Source: Opitutales bacterium (GTDB lineage Bacteria; Verrucomicrobiota; Verrucomicrobiia; Opitutales; JAFGAQ01). Taken from it: a stretch of 64,000 nucleotides of DNA. This document shows, piece after piece, positions 1-9,564 of this stretch. The notes beneath the pieces are model-generated. The model was not told the origin of the DNA. It did no database searches and worked only from the letters and a program-made list of their open reading frames with translations. Position 1 is the first letter of the stretch. Every line of letters begins with the position of its first letter. A program made the position numbers and the translations under genes. Location of the stretch: positions 9,715 to 73,714 of the forward strand of contig JAFGAQ010000042.1 of the NCBI GenBank assembly GCA_016933595.1. The letters are read 5' to 3'.

Positions 1-375
1 GTACGCAGGGATTACATTGCCAGACTGGAACATTATCTTTCGTATAACGATGCGGATCTGGTGTCTTCCATCGGTGATGTGGTCAATCCGTTTTTCTTTG
101 AGCAACCGCTGATACTCGCACGTTTTTCGGATGTGGAGAAGGTTTCTGCTTTGGGGGCGGTATTGCAGCGCGATGTCTCAGGGGCAATTGTGAGCGGTGG
201 TAGGAGTTACCTCCAAATGAAGTCGGGTTCACTTTTGCGGGAAGGCGAAACGGTGGTGCGGGTCGTCCCCAGTCTTGGCAATATGAGAGTCGAAGCGGTT
301 GTTTCGGGTATTGCCCAGGATCGTTTCACCTTGCGCATGAACGATGCGGTGGTTGATGTGATCGTCGAGAAATGA
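1..375 (+). CDS. hypothetical protein, 3' part only (5' end lies left of the window)
   Basis: Frame 1 is open from nt 1 (my translation of nt 1-60 is VRRDYIARLEHYLSYNDADL, no stop). It runs into ORF-track 61..375 and ends at TGA 373-375. I recognise no motif. Confidence 0.35.
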   Translation, partial: VRRDYIARLEHYLSYNDADLVSSIGDVVNPFFFEQPLILARFSDVEKVSALGAVLQRDVSGAIVSGGRSYLQMKSGSLLREGETVVRVVPSLGNMRVEAVVSGIAQDRFTLRMNDAVVDVIVEK

Positions 376-508
376 TGGGGTGTTCGAAGTAGCTTCATCA
401 CCTGTTTGGTTCAGAATGGTCTTGCCTCTCTGGTCCTACGTGTTGGGATAAGCCAGTTTGAATCGTTGGTTCCATCCGGTGTGGAGCTGAATAGACGGGT
501 CTTGAATT

Positions 509-1435
509 ATGAGAGTGTTGGTTACGGGAGGAGCTGGTTTTCTGGGGAGTCATCTGTGCGAGCGTTTGCTCGCATTGAAGCATGAGGTGATTTGTCTCGA
601 CAATCTTTTCACCGGAAGAAAGCGCAACATCTATCATCTGCTGAATCACCCCGGGTTTGAATTCATCCGTCATGACGTAGTAGACCCATTCAAATGCGAA
701 GTGGATCAGATCTACAATTTGGCCTGTCCTGCATCTCCGGTTCACTATCAGTATAATGCGATTAAGACCGTTAAGACCTCCGTCATGGGTGCGATTAATT
801 GCTTGGGCCTTGCAAAGCGGATCAACGCTCGGATTCTTCAGGCATCGACTTCGGAAGTCTATGGTGACCCGGATGTTCACCCCCAAACAGAGGCCTACCG
901 CGGAAATGTGAATCCGATCGGGCCAAGGGCTTGCTATGACGAGGGGAAGCGCTGCGCCGAAACGTTGTTTTTTGATTATCATCGCCAGAATGGAGTGGAC
1001 ATCCGGGTGGTGCGGATCTTCAACACTTATGGTCCGCGGATGATGGCCGACGATGGAAGAGTGGTTTCGAATTTCATCGTTCAAGCCCTGCACGGGGCTC
1101 CCATCACGATCTACGGAGATGGCTCCCAGACCCGTTCTTTTTGTTATGTGGATGATCTCGTTGAAGGCTTTGTGCGCTTTATGGATCAGAAAGAGACCAT
1201 TGGTCCCATGAATCTTGGGAATCCAAGGGAATTCACGATGCTGGAGTTGGCCGAGCTCATTCTGAAAATGACGGGAAGCAAATCTTCCATTCAGTTTAGA
1301 CCATTGCCACAGGATGATCCGAAACAGCGCAAACCCGATATATCGGTGGCAAAGGAAGTCATTCGATGGGAACCGGCTGTTGAGTTGGAGGAGGGTCTGG
1401 AAAAGACAATCGCTTATTTTGCAAAGGAGTATTGA
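509..1435 (+). CDS. uxs: UDP-glucuronate decarboxylase / UDP-xylose synthase (extended SDR, NAD-dependent epimerase/dehydratase family)
   Basis: Rossmann motif '[12 protein letters not shown]' and catalytic YxxxK in '[10 protein letters not shown]'. The 308-aa length and overall sequence are typical of UXS-type decarboxylases. Confidence 0.88.
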   Translation: MRVLVTGGAGFLGSHLCERLLALKHEVICLDNLFTGRKRNIYHLLNHPGFEFIRHDVVDPFKCEVDQIYNLACPASPVHYQYNAIKTVKTSVMGAINCLGLAKRINARILQASTSEVYGDPDVHPQTEAYRGNVNPIGPRACYDEGKRCAETLFFDYHRQNGVDIRVVRIFNTYGPRMMADDGRVVSNFIVQALHGAPITIYGDGSQTRSFCYVDDLVEGFVRFMDQKETIGPMNLGNPREFTMLELAELILKMTGSKSSIQFRPLPQDDPKQRKPDISVAKEVIRWEPAVELEEGLEKTIAYFAKEY

Positions 1436-1440
1436 TTTTT

Positions 1441-4400
1441 ATGTTGAATTTCATCTTCAAGCGGCTTTCCGGAAGCCACTACCGAAAGTTCATTCGCCGT
1501 GCGCAGCCGGTTGTGGCGCGTATTAATGCACTGGAACTGGAGTATCAGGAACTGAGTGACGATGCGTTGATGGCAAAGACGGATGAGTTCAAGAATCGTC
1601 TTTCCTCCGGAGAAACGCTCGATTCGCTGCTTCCTGAGGCTTTTGCCGCAGTTAAGAACGCAGCGCGACGCTTGTGTGGATCAAAGCTTTCAGTTTGTGG
1701 TCAGGATCTCGATTGGAACATGGTGCACTATGACGTCCAGCTGATTGGCGGGATGGCGTTGCACAACCGGTACATCTCCGAAATGGCAACCGGGGAAGGA
1801 AAGACCTTGGTTGCGACTGCACCGCTCTATCTCAACTCTCTTACTGGCAAAAACTGTCAGTTGGTTACGGTGAATGATTATTTGGCACGTCGTGACTCGG
1901 AATGGATGGGCTATCTTTACCAGAAACTTGGGGTTTCGGTGGGGTGTATTCAGTCCGGCATGGTACCGGGCCAACGTCAGGATATGTATTCGCGTTCGAT
2001 CACCTATGGAACGGCTTCGGAGTTCGGGTTTGATTACCTGCGGGACAATGGGATGGCTACCCGCAAAGAGGATCAGGTGCAGCGTGATCACTATTTCTGT
2101 ATCATCGATGAGGCGGACTCTATCCTGATTGATGAGGCGCGGACGCCCCTTATTATTTCGGGTCCGGTTGAGGATGACCGTCCGATGCCATTTGATCAGT
2201 TCAAACCGGGGATTCAGCGATTGGTTCAGCTTCAGGCACGGTTTTGCAATGATTTGGTTTCAGGGGCAAAGGCGCAACTTGAAGGGAAGGATGGAGCGGT
2301 ATCCGCCCGGTCGGTCTTGTTGAAAAAGGGCGACTCAAAGACGCCTCCAGAGGAGCTTGAACCTTATGAGGCTCTGGTTCTCGCGAAGTGGGGCATGCCT
2401 AAAAACAAGCCATTGCTCCGCATGATGGAAACGGCTGAGCACCGGAAGAACATTGAGCTGGCGGAGCTTCAGTTGAACAGTGATTTTCGGAAGGAATACC
2501 GGTATTTTCTCAAAGAGCGGCTATACTACTCTATCGAAGAACGCAATCACGCTGCGGACCTTACGGAGAAGGGTCGCAATGAGATGAGTCCAGGCAACCC
2601 GGATGCTTTCGTGATGCCGGATCTGCCGAGCACTTTCATGGAGATTGACGCGAACTCCAGTCTGAGTCCGCAGCAAAAGGAAGAGGCGAGGGCGAAAGCA
2701 CAGGAGGACTTCAGTAAGGTCAGTGAGAGCATCCATTGCATCAGCCAGCTTCTTCGGGCTTACAGCATGTATGAGAAGGACGTCGAATACGTGGTCCAGG
2801 ACGGGAAGGTGATGATCGTCGATGAGAACACGGGACGACTGATGCCAGGAAGGCGTTGGAGTGATGGGCTCCATCAGGCCGTGGAAGCGAAAGAAGGAGT
2901 GGCGATTGAAAAGGAGACGAAGACATACGCCACGATCACCATACAGAACTACTTCCGTATGTATGAGAAGCTCGCGGGCATGACGGGTACCGCTGAGACC
3001 GAAGCCTCCGAGTTCAACGAGATCTATCGCATGGATGTGATGGTGATTCCGACTCACAGGCCATGCGTCCGCAAAGATCTCAATGACGTGGTATACAAGT
3101 CGAGAAGACAGAAATACAATGCGGTTCTGAAAGACATCGAGGAAGCAAATTCACAAGGTCAACCGGTCTTGGTGGGTACCGCATCGGTTGAGGCATCGGA
3201 ATTGATCAGTCGCATGTTGAAACGATCGGGGATTGCCCACACAGTTCTGAATGCGAAGTTCCACCAACAGGAAGCTGAGATCGTGGCGAGAGCGGGATTG
3301 AGGGGTGCCGTTACGATCGCCACAAACATGGCGGGACGTGGGACTGATATCAAACTTGGTGAAGGGGTTGCGGATCTCGGGGGATTGTTCGTCGTTGGAA
3401 CTGAGCGGCACGAATCGAGGAGAATTGACCGCCAGTTGCGGGGCCGCTGTGCCCGTCAGGGAGATCCGGGAAGGTCGAAGTTCTTTGTCTCGCTTGAAGA
3501 TGATCTGATGCGGCTTTTCGCGAATGCGGGAACGCTGTCAAAGGTGCTGAACAATTCGATGGCCGAGGACGAGGCATTGACGAGTCCCATTTTGAATTGG
3601 TCGATTGAAAATGCTCAGAAACGGTATGAGCAGCACAATTTTGCAATCCGAAAAAGGCTGCTGCAGTATGACGACGTTCTGAACAACCAGCGCGAAGTGG
3701 TCTATGGTATTCGCAACGAAGCCATTCATTCGGACGATCCACGGGAGATCATGTTTGATTTGATCCGGGAGGAACTGGACGAAAAGGCTGTCCTCGCATG
3801 TGACGTTGATAGAAAGCAGGAGACCAGGACGGGGGTTGAGGGATTTGTTCAGTATCTGAACCATCATTTCCCGATTGGGGCGAAACTGGATGACTACGCA
3901 GGGAAGCCGGCAGAAGAGATTGCTTCAATCGCTCTCGGGAAAATCAGAGAAGCGTTCCTGAGTCGTGAAACTTTCGAAGATGCTGAAGAACTTAAACGGA
4001 TTGCGCGGTATGTTGTGATCCGATCGATCGACAGGCTTTGGCAGGATCACCTCACGGAGATGGAGGACCTGCGCCGGAGCGTATCGCTCCGGGGCTACGC
4101 CCAGAAAGATCCGCTGAATGAGTATAAGAGCGAAGCCTTTGTTTACTTTGAGGAAATGATGAATCAGATCCGTTCAGAGGTCTGCTCGGCGTGTTTCAGA
4201 ACCGCTGCAAACCTTCAGGCGTTTCAGACCATGCTCTCCCGTTTGTCCCGGCAAGCCCGCGAAGAAGGTCCGAATACGGCCGTATCCAGCTCCGGAACGA
4301 CATCCTCCTCATCCGGATCGGGAGCTTCCCGGTCGGCTTCAGCTTCTCATGATCGTCCGCAGCGTCGTGCAGCTCCGGATGTCAAGATCGAGCCGGTCAG

Positions 4401-4479
4401 GCGGGATGCGCCCAAAGTGGGACGCAACGATCCATGTCCTACCGGATGTGGAAAGAAGGTCAAGAAATGCCAAGGCTGA
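1441..4479 (+). CDS. secA: preprotein translocase ATPase SecA
   Basis: The ORF-track 1015-aa protein has '[14 protein letters not shown]' (Walker A), '[21 protein letters not shown]' (DEAD box), '[14 protein letters not shown]' and '[25 protein letters not shown]'. I prefer the ATG at 1441 because AAGGAG at 1424-1429 sits 11 nt upstream. The ORF-track start at 1432 is TTG. Confidence 0.97.
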   Translation: MLNFIFKRLSGSHYRKFIRRAQPVVARINALELEYQELSDDALMAKTDEFKNRLSSGETLDSLLPEAFAAVKNAARRLCGSKLSVCGQDLDWNMVHYDVQLIGGMALHNRYISEMATGEGKTLVATAPLYLNSLTGKNCQLVTVNDYLARRDSEWMGYLYQKLGVSVGCIQSGMVPGQRQDMYSRSITYGTASEFGFDYLRDNGMATRKEDQVQRDHYFCIIDEADSILIDEARTPLIISGPVEDDRPMPFDQFKPGIQRLVQLQARFCNDLVSGAKAQLEGKDGAVSARSVLLKKGDSKTPPEELEPYEALVLAKWGMPKNKPLLRMMETAEHRKNIELAELQLNSDFRKEYRYFLKERLYYSIEERNHAADLTEKGRNEMSPGNPDAFVMPDLPSTFMEIDANSSLSPQQKEEARAKAQEDFSKVSESIHCISQLLRAYSMYEKDVEYVVQDGKVMIVDENTGRLMPGRRWSDGLHQAVEAKEGVAIEKETKTYATITIQNYFRMYEKLAGMTGTAETEASEFNEIYRMDVMVIPTHRPCVRKDLNDVVYKSRRQKYNAVLKDIEEANSQGQPVLVGTASVEASELISRMLKRSGIAHTVLNAKFHQQEAEIVARAGLRGAVTIATNMAGRGTDIKLGEGVADLGGLFVVGTERHESRRIDRQLRGRCARQGDPGRSKFFVSLEDDLMRLFANAGTLSKVLNNSMAEDEALTSPILNWSIENAQKRYEQHNFAIRKRLLQYDDVLNNQREVVYGIRNEAIHSDDPREIMFDLIREELDEKAVLACDVDRKQETRTGVEGFVQYLNHHFPIGAKLDDYAGKPAEEIASIALGKIREAFLSRETFEDAEELKRIARYVVIRSIDRLWQDHLTEMEDLRRSVSLRGYAQKDPLNEYKSEAFVYFEEMMNQIRSEVCSACFRTAANLQAFQTMLSRLSRQAREEGPNTAVSSSGTTSSSSGSGASRSASASHDRPQRRAAPDVKIEPVRRDAPKVGRNDPCPTGCGKKVKKCQG

Positions 4480-4533
4480 TTTGTCCGTCTGCCTTTCCGG
4501 CAATCAGACTGGTCCATGCCTGAGCCGTTCCAT

Positions 4534-5700
4534 ATGCTGAGGATTGTCACTCACGAGCATTCGCCCCGAAAAGGTGGTGCGGGGGTAGTGGCTGAACAAT
4601 TGGCGATGGCGGTTGCGCGGCGAGGGCGCGATGTGGAAGTGTGGGCTCAGGATGGTGCGATTCTGCCGGATGAGGCGGTTGGCGCTTCGAAGTATGTGCT
4701 TCATCCCGTCTCGAAACTCAGGGGAACGCGGAACCTGCCCTGTTTGTTTCGCATGGTGGGGGCCATTCAGGCCGATGCTTCATCCTTTTCGAATGCCATT
4801 GTTCACGTCGTTGAACCCGCAGCGGTTGAAGCGTTTTTCTATCTCCAATGGTTTCAGCGGAAACCATGGAAGCGTCTGATTCTGACTGTTCATGGCAGCG
4901 AGATCAGAAGGTGGCGTAAAAACCCGGTAAACAGGTTCTTGTTCTCAAGATTGGCAGGAGCTGCCGATCGCATTCATGTTTTGTCCAATTACAACGCAAA
5001 GGAAATCCTCTCTTGGCTGCCAGGGTTGGGGTCGCGTCTGTTCATGGCGTATGGTGTTCCGAATGCCGAAGTTGCACTTGCTCCGAGGGAGGAAACGGGC
5101 AAAAGTGCAAACAAGAGGAAGGTGTTGCTATGTGTGGGCCGGATACATCCCCGAAAGGGACAGTTATACCTGTTGCAATGCATCAGTGGACTGCCCCGTG
5201 CTTACAAGGACCGTATCGAAATCCGATTTGTGGGCCAAGTGGTTAAGGATGGCTACAATGCCGAGGTCAGCCGATTGGCTACAAAATGCGGGTGTCCTGT
5301 TGTCTTTGCCGGAGGGGTTAGCAGTGAGGATCTGGTGCGGGCCTATGCCGAGGCGGACCTGTTTGCCATGACCAGTGTTCCGGTGGGCGACAGTGTTGAG
5401 GGATTGGGCTTGGTTTATCTGGAGGCGTCCCGACAAGGATTGCCGGTTTTGGCAAATCGCACAGGCGGGGTCGAGGACGCCGTTCTGGACGGTATTACCG
5501 GGCTTCTTTCAGAAGTGGGGGATGCGGATGGATTCAGGCATAACCTGATGCGTCTGATTGATAGCCAATCGCTTTGTTCCGGTTTGGGGGCAGCGGGACG
5601 TCAACATGTCGCAAACCACACATGGGATGATGTCGCGGCCCGCTTGTATCATTTCGATGAGCCGACCAGATCGACTGAAGTGTTGATCGCGAGGGTCTGA
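4534..5700 (+). CDS. glycosyltransferase family 4 (GT-B fold)
   Basis: The N-terminus 'MLRIVTHEHSPRKGGAGV' and the C-terminal 'EGLGLVYLEASRQGLPVLANRTGGVEDAV' (E-x7-E region) are typical of GT4. The ORF-track start at 4516 is an alternative ATG. Confidence 0.85.
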   Translation: MLRIVTHEHSPRKGGAGVVAEQLAMAVARRGRDVEVWAQDGAILPDEAVGASKYVLHPVSKLRGTRNLPCLFRMVGAIQADASSFSNAIVHVVEPAAVEAFFYLQWFQRKPWKRLILTVHGSEIRRWRKNPVNRFLFSRLAGAADRIHVLSNYNAKEILSWLPGLGSRLFMAYGVPNAEVALAPREETGKSANKRKVLLCVGRIHPRKGQLYLLQCISGLPRAYKDRIEIRFVGQVVKDGYNAEVSRLATKCGCPVVFAGGVSSEDLVRAYAEADLFAMTSVPVGDSVEGLGLVYLEASRQGLPVLANRTGGVEDAVLDGITGLLSEVGDADGFRHNLMRLIDSQSLCSGLGAAGRQHVANHTWDDVAARLYHFDEPTRSTEVLIARV

Positions 5701-5724
5701 ATGGTTTAAGGGCAATGGAGTTGA

Positions 5725-6618
5725 TTATCCAATTGAGAATTCGATCTCGTAATGTGCATCAAACTGTTTTCCACCGGGTAAGGTGAGGATGCCGGGTTTC
5801 TCGTTGAGGAAGCCGGTCACATCCAGGGAGTCATCGTAGCCGAACCATGGTTCGAGGCACACAAACGGCGCCCCGGGTTTTGCCCAGATGCCGAGATCGG
5901 GTGCTCCACCGGTTCGAAGGGTGATCCGTGTGGAGTTTAGCCGGTTTGCAAGGTGAATGCGTCGCGAACGGATGTTCTTAAAAATTAGTGCATCTTCGTT
6001 GAAAAGTGTTTGGGTGAGATGAATCGAATTACCTTTGTTGGCCACGGGATAAGACACGGGACTGAGAAGTTCATCACTGATTCGATAGGCTTTGAATGTC
6101 TCCGGGTGCTCAAAACAAACCCGATAGTCCTCAAGTTTCCCACCGGCGAAAGGAATGTTGAAAGCCGGATGGGATCCCATCGAGAACAGCATTGGATGGG
6201 CGTCGGTGTTCACGACGCGGTAGTCCACCCGGATGCCCTCATGGGTGAGGGTGAACTTGGCTGTGAGCTCCCATTCAAAGGGATAGGCTCGATGGGTGGA
6301 TGCGTCGGAGCGGATGCGAAAGCTAGCCGACGATTCCGTATGTTCAGTGGTTTCCCATGTTGCCCGGCGAACGAGGCCATGGGTTGGCATGGAATACTGA
6401 CTTCCGTCCCATAGGTATGCGCCATCTTTCAACCTTCCTACAATCGGAAACAGGATGGGTGCGCTGCCGGTCCATGAGTCTGGACTCCCTTGCCAGATGA
6501 TGTCGGTATTGGAGTCCTTATGTACCAATCTTTTGAGTTCTGCCCCTTTGTTGTGGATGACTGCGGCAAAAGACTCGTTCCGGATGCTGTGAAAAGGTGC
6601 CTGCGATGGGTTTTGCAT
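5725..6618 (-). CDS. aldose 1-epimerase (galactose mutarotase-like) family protein
   Basis: The 297-aa protein has 'APILFPIVGRLKDG' and 'MPTHGLVRR' motifs plus 'GSHPAFN', characteristic of the YihR/LacX-type aldose epimerase family. Confidence 0.8.
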   Translation of the reverse strand: MQNPSQAPFHSIRNESFAAVIHNKGAELKRLVHKDSNTDIIWQGSPDSWTGSAPILFPIVGRLKDGAYLWDGSQYSMPTHGLVRRATWETTEHTESSASFRIRSDASTHRAYPFEWELTAKFTLTHEGIRVDYRVVNTDAHPMLFSMGSHPAFNIPFAGGKLEDYRVCFEHPETFKAYRISDELLSPVSYPVANKGNSIHLTQTLFNEDALIFKNIRSRRIHLANRLNSTRITLRTGGAPDLGIWAKPGAPFVCLEPWFGYDDSLDVTGFLNEKPGILTLPGGKQFDAHYEIEFSIG

Positions 6619-6654
6619 GGGATTTCGGTAGACTGGTTTGGATTTGTGTCAGAT

Positions 6655-8043
6655 TCATGGATCCGTTGTGAGCTTGGCCCGGGGTAGATCAAACGAAAAC
6701 ACTGATCCTTTTCCGGGTTCGGACTCGACCCGAACGGTTCCCTGATGAAGTTCGATAATGGATTTGACAATCGATAGCCCAAGGCCGGTGGAAGATTCAC
6801 CTGCAGTCGGGCGCGCCGAAAGCTTTTGGAAGCGTTGGAAGAGCTTGGTTTTGTCGGTCTCAGTCAATCCTGGACCTTGGTCTTTGACGGAGAATCGAAT
6901 CCATTGTTTCCCATTGGAATCGACGAGATCATTCAATGATATGTCGACCGGAGAATGGAACGGACTGTATTTTACCGCATTGCTGATGAGGTTGTCCATG
7001 GCCTCATGAATCCGGAGTGCATCGGCCTGGACCATGAGATCGGGCTCTGAATTGAACCGGAGCTCGATATCTTTGCTGATCGCATTGGATTGGTTCATGG
7101 CTACCACCTTCCGGGCGATCTTTGCGAGATCAAGGGGCTCAGTGTTGAGCTGGATCTTCCCGCTATCGAGTGATTCCGAATTGATCAGCTCATGGATGAC
7201 CTGAACCATGTGGGAAACCGAGTGTTCGACCTGTTGAAGCATGTCGATTGATTCAGCGTAGTCCAGAGGCGCTCCATTGGCGGCCTCCTGAAGCGAAAAT
7301 GCCACGATCTGGGTGAACCCTAGAATGGCGCTGAGCGGATTCTTCAAGTCATGTGCTGCGATCCCCAAAAACTCGCTTTTGACCTCGTTCAAACGCTTCA
7401 GTTCGAGGTTGCTCTGATACAGATGATGGTTCGCTGATCGCAGTTCCTGCGTTCTCGTTTCGACGGTTGCCTCAAGGCTCAGATTATAGTCCCGCAATTC
7501 ATTGTGTAGAATTTGGTTTTCAAGCACAAAAACGGTAGCGTCGATCAGAACCGACAAGATCCGCAGCATGGCACTGCGCGTTCCAGTGTGATCGCTTTTG
7601 AGAAATCCGATGAACATCCCGATCGAATGGGTTCGGGTGGACATACCGTGGAGGATGGCCTGCTTTCCGGGAAGGTCGGGATGGTTGTCGACAAGGATGG
7701 GCCGGTTCTGTTGCAAAGCCCATGAGAACCTACCCTCCCTTATCTGTTCGGTGAGGAACTGATCGACTGCTTCAAGGTGATCCGGGTTGGAACAGAGCTG
7801 GAGCTCGAAGAAGTGATTGGCATCCACAACCGCAAAGGCGGTTTCATGAAACAGTTGTATCGCATGAATGTAGTTCTGGAGGAGGGTAAGGGCCTCATGT
7901 TGCGTCCTGCAGTCCTGGATTTCCTTCTGGAAGCGTTCGATGGATTCGAAGATGACGATCAAGTCTTCGCTTCCATCGGTCAGATTGTGGATGCGATGAA
8001 TCCGCTGCTCCAGAAAGCGGGCATTGATCGGTTGTGAATTCAT
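6655..8043 (-). CDS. cytoplasmic sensor histidine kinase (GAF-like N-terminal region, HisKA, HATPase_c)
   Basis: H-box 'FLGIAAHDLKNPLSAILGF', N-box 'DNLISNAVKYS', 'VKDQGPGL' and 'GLGLSIVKSIIELHQG'. No hydrophobic TM segment is seen. Its start ATG overlaps the upstream stop (ATGA at 8040-8043). Confidence 0.85.
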   Translation of the reverse strand: MNSQPINARFLEQRIHRIHNLTDGSEDLIVIFESIERFQKEIQDCRTQHEALTLLQNYIHAIQLFHETAFAVVDANHFFELQLCSNPDHLEAVDQFLTEQIREGRFSWALQQNRPILVDNHPDLPGKQAILHGMSTRTHSIGMFIGFLKSDHTGTRSAMLRILSVLIDATVFVLENQILHNELRDYNLSLEATVETRTQELRSANHHLYQSNLELKRLNEVKSEFLGIAAHDLKNPLSAILGFTQIVAFSLQEAANGAPLDYAESIDMLQQVEHSVSHMVQVIHELINSESLDSGKIQLNTEPLDLAKIARKVVAMNQSNAISKDIELRFNSEPDLMVQADALRIHEAMDNLISNAVKYSPFHSPVDISLNDLVDSNGKQWIRFSVKDQGPGLTETDKTKLFQRFQKLSARPTAGESSTGLGLSIVKSIIELHQGTVRVESEPGKGSVFSFDLPRAKLTTDP

Positions 8044-8900
8044 GTTGGGTTGCGTAGGAACAATCCCACGGTGTCTTCGAATTGGCTCGAGGTCTCTTTG
8101 ATCGTGTTTCTAAGCGCGGACATGGGAAGGTCCAGACGATCCCAGGTGTCGGAACTGATGGGGGGGACAAAGGTCTCACCACTGTTTCCGAAATCGAGAC
8201 CATGCACGATGAAATCGGCAACGGAAATCACGGCTGCATGGGTATAGTAGACTTCGGCCAATGCGGGTCGGTGATGGTACTTAACTGCATGAATCAGGGA
8301 GTTTGGGAAATCCCATTTTTTGAGGAGTTCACCGGCAACCTCGCCATGGTCGAAGCCGTAGGACTGTTTCTCGTATTCATACAAGGGAATGTCAGGGTTT
8401 CGGCTGTAGCATTCGAGCACCCGGGCGGCTTCCTCGGGCATCCTCAGGTAGAAGACAAGACGGCCAATGTCGTGGATGAGCCCCGCCACAAAATAAAGCT
8501 CGGGATCAGGAGCCTTTCGTTGGACGGCGAGCACTTTGGCGGCGATACCAGTTGCGATGCTGTGCTTCCAAAATGATCGCATGTTTACGGCATCCGATGG
8601 AATGTTGTGGAAGTACTCCATGACCGAGCTTCCGGTCAGAAGCTGTTTCATCTGTTCGATGCCAATGAGGGCCAATGCCTCGGCGACGGTTTCCACCCCC
8701 TTTGGGAATCCGTAGAAACTGCTGTTGGCGAGTCGTAGTAAGCGGGCGGTGAGATCGGTGTCCTTCTTGACGATTTCGCCAAGATCGGCCATCGAAGCCT
8801 CTCCCGAGTCAAGTGCGCGTTCAAGTTCTTCGACCACTGCCGGCAGGGAGCTGAGCGCGGGCAAGTCGCGTATGAGGTGTTCGGCTGATTTGGCACACAT
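8040..8900 (-). CDS. HDOD domain protein
   Basis: 'DLGEIVKKDTDLTARLLRLANSSFYGFPKGVETVAEALALIGIEQMKQLL' and 'AGLIHDIGRLV' are typical HDOD motifs. I chose the ATG at 8900 (MCAKSAEHL...) because the ORF-track extension to 9005 is P/S/W-rich junk that overlaps the upstream gene. Confidence 0.85.
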   Translation of the reverse strand: MCAKSAEHLIRDLPALSSLPAVVEELERALDSGEASMADLGEIVKKDTDLTARLLRLANSSFYGFPKGVETVAEALALIGIEQMKQLLTGSSVMEYFHNIPSDAVNMRSFWKHSIATGIAAKVLAVQRKAPDPELYFVAGLIHDIGRLVFYLRMPEEAARVLECYSRNPDIPLYEYEKQSYGFDHGEVAGELLKKWDFPNSLIHAVKYHHRPALAEVYYTHAAVISVADFIVHGLDFGNSGETFVPPISSDTWDRLDLPMSALRNTIKETSSQFEDTVGLFLRNPT

Positions 8901-8919
8901 ATGGCAATCGGGCGGGTGG

Positions 8920-9255
8920 TTATGCGGGCTTGATGATGTCTTTGCGGGCCATGAGTTCGGCCACGCACCGGATGGTTTCCGAAACAAGCGGTTGGCTGCA
9001 GTCACACCGGCGGAAGCGAGGACGTATGGCTTGTTCCATCCTCATGACGAGTTGCTGATAGCGACGGGCCTCTTCGGGATCCTCGCCATCCGGGCTGGAT
9101 ACGCTGGCTTCAGGGATGCCCCATGCCATCATCATGGTGATGTGTTTCTCTTTCAGCACGTGTCCGCTCCCGAAAAGCACTTGCCCCTGGGTGTTTTTGA
9201 CCGGTGCGTCCAGTGTCATTCCTTCTTTGAGCATGTCAGTGGATACGATGGGCAT
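8920..9255 (-). CDS. small hypothetical protein; N-terminus resembles the DUF3391-type module found ahead of HD-GYP/HDOD signalling proteins
   Basis: The 111-aa ORF starts 'MPIVSTDMLKEGMTLDAPVKNTQGQVLFGSGHVLKEKHITMMMAWGIPEASV', which fits the pattern L-x-x-G-M-x-L-x-x-x-V...G-x-x-L...I...L...GI. It stops 19 nt before the HDOD start on the same strand. Confidence 0.5.
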   Translation of the reverse strand: MPIVSTDMLKEGMTLDAPVKNTQGQVLFGSGHVLKEKHITMMMAWGIPEASVSSPDGEDPEEARRYQQLVMRMEQAIRPRFRRCDCSQPLVSETIRCVAELMARKDIIKPA

Positions 9256-9564
9256 AAGGGAGGGAAGTTGGTGTTTGGAGTCGAATCAGTATCGGATAAG
9301 TGATCGGCGGATTGTGGATGGTCCTTAGAGAAAACGGTCCAATTGTGATGAATTTGGCTCATGCGGATCGCTTCAGGATCAGCTTTATCGGATAGGATGG
9401 CAGGGTGAGGAGGCTTCCAATGGTTTGGTGGGAGTTGATGTGAATGCGGGAACCTCGGCTTTGGATGAGTTTGGGATGCGTTGAGTGCGGACCCGGGACA
9501 AAGGAATCGGTATGTCCTCCCTTTCGGATTGTCATCGTGAGCCGTTCATCCTAGACGGAGTGAA

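Noticed and set aside
398-1093. A 231-aa minus-strand ORF antisense to uxs; similar antisense ORFs occur in the RND gene (15633..16148, 16356..17183) and in the TPR kinase (24807..25907)
   Set aside because: Each overlaps a strongly supported sense gene completely and shows no domain-like sequence.
8901-9005. Possibility that the small 111-aa ORF and the HDOD ORF are one frameshifted gene (the ORFs overlap at 8920..9005 in different frames)
   Set aside because: The HDOD frame upstream of the ATG at 8900 encodes P/S/W-rich junk, and the small ORF has a clean stop. An HDOD protein of 287 aa is a normal stand-alone size. Two genes separated by 19 nt is the simpler reading.
9290-9396. Direct repeat TATCGGATA(A/G)G at 9290-9300 and 9386-9396 in the helicase/HDOD-operon divergent region
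   Set aside because: A 9-10-nt match within about 300 nt is close to chance expectation (my rough estimate is about 0.2 expected). No symmetry or positional logic relative to the starts was evident.
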